Shown here: piece by piece, positions 59,650 to 64,000 of the stretch
How the letters are laid out: every line of letters starts with the position of its first letter
Position numbering within the stretch: position 1 is the stretch's first letter
Origin: an uncultured Caldisericota bacterium
GTDB lineage: Bacteria; Caldisericota; Caldisericia; B22-G15
DNA length: 64,000 bases
Direction: 5' to 3'
Assembly: GCA_964640995.1 (NCBI GenBank)
Contig: CAZXJJ010000003.1
Coordinates: forward strand, 198,829 to 262,828
Notes under the pieces: model-generated
What the model was told of the DNA's origin: nothing
Database searches by the model: none
What the model saw: only the letters and a program-made list of their open reading frames with translations
Program-made: the position numbers and the translations under genes

Positions 59650-60623
59650 AGAAAAATTTTTTTATATTAACAATAGTAATTTTACTTTTTATCTCTCTTT
59701 TTTTATCTTTATCATTTGGTGCTAAAAGATATTCATTTTATGAGGTTATAAAATTTATCTTCAATCTTAAAAATGCAGATGAATTATTTATAAAAATAAG
59801 AATTCCAAGGGTTTTCTCCTCGTTTCTTGTTGGTGCATCTCTTTCAATTGCAGGACTTCTATCTCAAACTCTATTTTTAAATCCACTTGCAGATCCATTT
59901 TTGTTTGGTATTTCTTCTGGTGCAAATTTTTTTGTAACCTTATCACTTTTTTTAGGTTTTGATATGATATTTAAATATTCACTTTCATTTTTCTCTTTTC
60001 TTGGTGCACTTTTTTCTGTTTCGATGATTTACCTTATAAGTAGAATCAAAGGGAAAATCACTCCACTGAATTTACTTCTTTCTGGAATTGCTATAAATTA
60101 TCTTTTCTCTTCTCTTTCAACCTTTCTTGTTATATGGGGAAGGGATGTTTTAAATAAATCTGTCTTTTGGTCTTTAACAGGTTTCTCAACTGCTGATATG
60201 AATAAATTTCTTTTTTTATTTTTTATATTTATTCCAGCTTTAATAATCTCTATTTTCATAAGTTTTAAACTTGATGTTTACTCTTTGGGGGAAGACCAAG
60301 CAAAAACTCTTGGAATAAATACAAACTCATTAAAAACTATAACACTTGTCTTAATTTCAATTCTAACAGGGGTTAGTGTTTATGTTTCTGGAATTATAGG
60401 TTTTATAGGTCTTATGGTGCCAAATATTTTAAGAGAGATTTTTGGTTTAAAACACTTAAAACAAATTTTACTTTCAGTGCTTTTTGGTGGATTTTTATTG
60501 GTTCTTTCAGATTTATCTGGAAGAGCAGTGTTTTATCCAACAGAAATTCCTGTTTCAACAATAACTTCTTTTTTAGGTGTTCCATTCTTTTTGTATGTTT
60601 TATGGAAAGAGAAGGTATTTTAA
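59646..60623 (+). CDS. btuC: FecCD/BtuC-family ABC permease
   Basis: 325 aa, about 9-10 TM helices, FecCD-type. Confidence 0.8.
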   Translation: MKKNFFILTIVILLFISLFLSLSFGAKRYSFYEVIKFIFNLKNADELFIKIRIPRVFSSFLVGASLSIAGLLSQTLFLNPLADPFLFGISSGANFFVTLSLFLGFDMIFKYSLSFFSFLGALFSVSMIYLISRIKGKITPLNLLLSGIAINYLFSSLSTFLVIWGRDVLNKSVFWSLTGFSTADMNKFLFLFFIFIPALIISIFISFKLDVYSLGEDQAKTLGINTNSLKTITLVLISILTGVSVYVSGIIGFIGLMVPNILREIFGLKHLKQILLSVLFGGFLLVLSDLSGRAVFYPTEIPVSTITSFLGVPFFLYVLWKEKVF

Positions 60624-61357
60624 TGAATAGAAATTATCTTGAAATAAAAGATGTTTCTTTTTTCTATAAAGATAGAGAGATTTTAAAAAATATAAGTTTT
60701 TGTATCGAAAAAGGTGATAGTTTAACAATTTTTGGTCCAAATGGTAGTGGAAAAACAACACTTTTAAAAATTTTAATTGGACTTTTAAAGCCACAAAAAG
60801 GAGGGGTTTATTTTAAGGGTATTGATATATTTAAAATAAATGAAAGGGATAGAGGAAAAATTTTTTCTTATGTTCCACAAAAGGTAAATATTAATTTTCC
60901 ACTAAAAACTTTTGATTTTCTTTTAACAGGTAGAGCACCTTATATAAATGGATTTGTAAAAAAAGAAGATAAAGATATTGTTTTAAATTGGATGGAAAAG
61001 TTTAACATAATTCATCTAAGAGAGATTAATTTTCAACTTTTATCTGAGGGAGAAAAACAACTTTTAACATTAATTAGAACATTAATTCAGGAAACAGAAA
61101 TAATTGTTCTCGATGAACCATTAAATCACCTTGATTTAAAATATAAAATAAAAATTTTAAAATTATTACAAAAGATAAAACTCTCAGGCAAAACGGTTAT
61201 ATCTGTTTTTCATGAAATAGATTCAATAAAATTTTTATCTGATAAAGTTGTCTTTCTTAAAAATGGAGAAATAGAAAAATTTGGTGAAGTTGAAAAATTA
61301 ATAAAAAAAGAAGAGATTATCAATCTTTTTGAAGAAAACATACCATTTCTAATTTAA
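60602..61357 (+). CDS. btuD: ABC transporter ATP-binding protein (BtuD/FepC type)
   Basis: 251 aa; Walker A GPNGSGKTT, LSEGEKQ signature. Confidence 0.8.
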   Translation: MEREGILMNRNYLEIKDVSFFYKDREILKNISFCIEKGDSLTIFGPNGSGKTTLLKILIGLLKPQKGGVYFKGIDIFKINERDRGKIFSYVPQKVNINFPLKTFDFLLTGRAPYINGFVKKEDKDIVLNWMEKFNIIHLREINFQLLSEGEKQLLTLIRTLIQETEIIVLDEPLNHLDLKYKIKILKLLQKIKLSGKTVISVFHEIDSIKFLSDKVVFLKNGEIEKFGEVEKLIKKEEIINLFEENIPFLI

Positions 61358-61418
61358 TGTTATAATTTTGTATCAACATCAAAGAAAGATGTTATAATTA
61401 ATAAAATCCCAGAAGGAG

Positions 61419-62513
61419 GTGGTATTAATGATTAAAATATCTGTTATTGGTGCAGGAAATGGAGGTCAAGCTTTATGTGCATATCTTTCTATGAAAGGTT
61501 TTGACACCTCTTTGTATAATAGAAGCAGATGGAGAATAGAACCGATAATTGAGAGCAAAAAAATAAAAGTTGAGGGTGAAGTAAAAGGAATTTCAGAAAT
61601 TTCATTTGCAACAACAGATCTTGAAGAGGCTATAAAAGGGAGAAAACTCATTATGGTTGTTGTTCCAGCATTTGCTCACAGAGAAATCGCCGAAAGAATT
61701 GCCCCATTTGTTGAAGACGGTCAAATAATTTTATTAAATCCAGGAAGAACAGGTGGTGCTCTTGAATTTAAAAATGTTTTTAGATTAAAAGGAGTTAAAA
61801 AAGAAACTCTTGTTGCTGAGGCACAAACTTTTATTTTTGCATCAAGAATGTCAAATCCAGGAGTAGTTAAAATTTTTAGAATAAAAAATGCCGTGCCAAT
61901 CTCTGCAATTCCTGCGAAAAGAAATGATGAACTTAAAGAGATTATGAGAGAGGTTATGCCAGAGTTTGAGGTTGTACCAAACACAATTTACACAAGTTTC
62001 AATAATATAGGTGCTGTTTTTCATCCAGCAACTTTAATTCTTAATGCTGCAAGAATCGAATCAACAGCAGGAAAATTTGAATTTTATCTCGAAGGAATCA
62101 CAATTTCAGTTGCAAAAGTACTTGAAAAGGTTGATGAAGAAAGGTGTCTTGTTATGAAAAAATTTGGAGTCGAGCCCCTTACTTCTCTTAATTGGTTAAA
62201 ATACGCTTATGATGTAACTGGAAAAAATCTTTATGAGGCAATTCATAACAATAGTGGTTATCAAGGAATTCTTGCCCCTCCAAGTATTGATAATAGATAC
62301 ATAACTGAAGATGTTCCAATGAGTTTAGTTCCAATCTCCTCATTTGGTAAAGAGTTTGGAATTAAAACAGATACGATTGATTCAATAATAACACTTTCAA
62401 ATATAATGATGAATGAAAACTATTTTCAAACTGGAAGAACAGTTGAATCTTTAGGTCTTAAGGGAAAAACTCCAGAAGAGATTGTGAAATATCTGGAGGA
62501 GGGTGATGAATAA
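61419..62513 (+). CDS. opine dehydrogenase-family NAD(P)-dependent oxidoreductase
   Basis: 364 aa; Rossmann VIGAGNGG N-terminus and helical C-terminal domain resembling octopine/nopaline DH-type enzymes. Confidence 0.6.
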   Translation: MVLMIKISVIGAGNGGQALCAYLSMKGFDTSLYNRSRWRIEPIIESKKIKVEGEVKGISEISFATTDLEEAIKGRKLIMVVVPAFAHREIAERIAPFVEDGQIILLNPGRTGGALEFKNVFRLKGVKKETLVAEAQTFIFASRMSNPGVVKIFRIKNAVPISAIPAKRNDELKEIMREVMPEFEVVPNTIYTSFNNIGAVFHPATLILNAARIESTAGKFEFYLEGITISVAKVLEKVDEERCLVMKKFGVEPLTSLNWLKYAYDVTGKNLYEAIHNNSGYQGILAPPSIDNRYITEDVPMSLVPISSFGKEFGIKTDTIDSIITLSNIMMNENYFQTGRTVESLGLKGKTPEEIVKYLEEGDE

Positions 62514-64000
62514 AAAAATAGTTGGTGCAGCAATTGAAAACGATATACATGTTGCAGGACTTCTCAATTTTTTGAATCTTGCAAAAAAAGAGGGTTTTGA
62601 AATTCACTATCTTGGTGGCGCAGTTCCAATTGAAAAACTTATAGGTGCAATAATTGAAGTTGACCCAGAAATTGTTGCAATAAGTTATAGATTGGGAGAA
62701 GAGCCATTAAAAAATCTTTTAAATGAATTTGTTGAAAAATCAAAAAAATTTAAAAATAAAAAAATAAAATTTGTTTTTGGTGGAACAATTGAAACAGGAA
62801 AAGTTGCAAGAGCTTATACCATTTTTGAAAGGGTTTTTGATGGAAGTGAAGAAATTGAGGAGGTTTTAAATTTTTTAAGGGGAAGAGCAATAAATATAAA
62901 AGAGAAAGATTATCCTCAAACTTTATGGGAAAGAGTGGAATTTAAAAAACCTTATCCACTCATAAGACATCACATTGGTCTTCAAACTATGGATGAAACA
63001 ATAGAAGAAATTAAAAAACTATCTGAAAGCAAACTCCTCGATATAATTTCTATTGCACCAGATCAAAATTGTCAATGTTATTTTTTTGAAAAAGAGAAGA
63101 TGGATGAAAAATTATCTGGTGCTGGTGGAGCGCCAATAAGAACAGAGGAAGATTTTAAAAAACTATATGAAGCATCAAGAAGAGGAAATTATCCTTTAAT
63201 GAGATGTTATTCTGGAACAAAAAACATTGTAAAATTTTCAAAACTTCTTAAAGAAACAATTAATAATGCATGGGCTGCAATTCCAATTTTTTGGTATTCA
63301 GAACTTGATAAGCGAAGTGACAGAGAACTTCTTTCTGCAATTGAAGAAAATATGGAAGGAATAAGTTGGAATGCTCAAAACAGTGTTCCTGTTGAAGTGA
63401 ATGACTCTCATCAATGGGAATTAAGAAATGCACATGATACTCTTGCAGTAGCAGATTCATATCTTGTTGCTTACATTGCAAAAAAACTTGGAGTTAAAAA
63501 CTATATTCAACAATATATGTTAAATTCTCCACCTAATCTTTCACCAAAAATGGATATAGCAAAAAGTTTAGCAAGAAAAGAGCTGGTTGAATCTCTTCGA
63601 GATGAAAATTTTAATGTTTATACAATGATTCGAACAGGCCTTCTTTCTTATCCATCAGACCCATTTCAAGCAATGGGTCAACTTGTATCTTCTATGTTTT
63701 ATGGCTCATATTTAAAACCAGATATTATTCATGTCGTTGCTTACACTGAAGCGATAAAGAGAGCAACATCAAAAGAAATTATTGAAAGCACAAAGATGGT
63801 AAAAAGAGCATATATTCTTGCTGATTCTGGTCTTCCAGACTTTTATCAAGATAGAGAAATTAAAAATAGAGTTTTGGAGTTAAAAGATGAAGCAATGTAT
63901 CTTATTGAGAAAATAAAAGAATTAGGTAAAGGAAAAAAAGAACCACTTTTAGACCCAGAAACACTTTTCAGTGCAGTTAAAACTGGAATTTTAGATGCAC
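62506..64000 (+). CDS. single-chain B12-binding (GlmS/MutS-like) + GlmE-like (methylaspartate-mutase E family) protein; C-terminus beyond window
   Basis: ATG 62506 overlaps the upstream stop by 8 nt; DxHxxG cobalamin motif (ENDIHVAGL) near the N-terminus, Rossmann-like about 130 aa, then a large domain whose visible end (IEKIKELGKGK..ETLFSAVKTGILDA) resembles, from memory, the C-terminal region of glutamate mutase E subunit. Confidence 0.55.
   Translation, partial: MNKKIVGAAIENDIHVAGLLNFLNLAKKEGFEIHYLGGAVPIEKLIGAIIEVDPEIVAISYRLGEEPLKNLLNEFVEKSKKFKNKKIKFVFGGTIETGKVARAYTIFERVFDGSEEIEEVLNFLRGRAINIKEKDYPQTLWERVEFKKPYPLIRHHIGLQTMDETIEEIKKLSESKLLDIISIAPDQNCQCYFFEKEKMDEKLSGAGGAPIRTEEDFKKLYEASRRGNYPLMRCYSGTKNIVKFSKLLKETINNAWAAIPIFWYSELDKRSDRELLSAIEENMEGISWNAQNSVPVEVNDSHQWELRNAHDTLAVADSYLVAYIAKKLGVKNYIQQYMLNSPPNLSPKMDIAKSLARKELVESLRDENFNVYTMIRTGLLSYPSDPFQAMGQLVSSMFYGSYLKPDIIHVVAYTEAIKRATSKEIIESTKMVKRAYILADSGLPDFYQDREIKNRVLELKDEAMYLIEKIKELGKGKKEPLLDPETLFSAVKTGILDA

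Noticed and set aside
1-64000. CRISPR arrays, transposases, integrases, reverse transcriptases/DGR components
   Set aside because: No regularly spaced direct repeats and no ORF with transposase, integrase or RT motifs was found on either strand; the giant protein is not accompanied by a template repeat or RT

Overview
This 64-kb window comes from a very AT-rich, low-GC bacterium whose proteins are rich in Lys, Glu and Ile. A short 198-aa EF-Ts and an adjacent trmI-ttuA pair suggest a thermophile, and a yqeZ-floA-yqfB operon and copper-amine-oxidase-N-like (CuAO-N-like) surface domains suggest a Firmicutes/Thermotogae-like anaerobe. The species cannot be named from sequence alone. Layout: (1) tRNA-Lys/tRNA-Glu, ahcY and dppA (minus strand), then the conserved core operon rpsB-tsf-pyrH-frr-uppS-cdsA-dxr-rseP-ispG-proS, plus GT2, cupin and OsmC genes. 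(2) 13.5-19.3 kb is a decayed accessory island: macB-like ABC transporter, ArsB/NhaD-like permease and UspA remnants carry in-frame stops and frameshifts, around an intact GT39-like membrane glycosyltransferase. (3) Amino-acid uptake cluster: M20 amidohydrolase and intact livHMGF, but livK is pseudogenised. (4) mscS, two radical-SAM genes flanking a short ftsY, and nfeD-floA-yqfB. (5) Cell-surface locus at 32.8-47.8 kb: a 4.3-kb decayed PHP-domain surface-protein pseudogene, an intact 2227-aa secreted giant protein with two C-terminal CuAO-N-like domains and a long structured 5' leader, and a 1098-aa S8 subtilase; the terminators are related palindromes. (6) A CoADR-rhodanese-TusA-DsrE fusion, an opuC-type ABC transporter, a HEPN/MNT pair beside tRNA-Glu(CUC), trmI-ttuA, and umuD with a Y-family polymerase. 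(7) A cobalamin-riboswitch-controlled locus: a BtuFCD-like transporter whose binding protein carries the same CuAO-N-like domain, an opine-dehydrogenase-like gene and a single-chain B12-binding(GlmS-like)+GlmE-like mutase cut by the window end. No CRISPR array, transposase, integrase or reverse transcriptase was seen. The most novel candidates are the B12 riboswitch / opine DH / fused glutamate-mutase-like module, and the giant surface protein with its structured leader.
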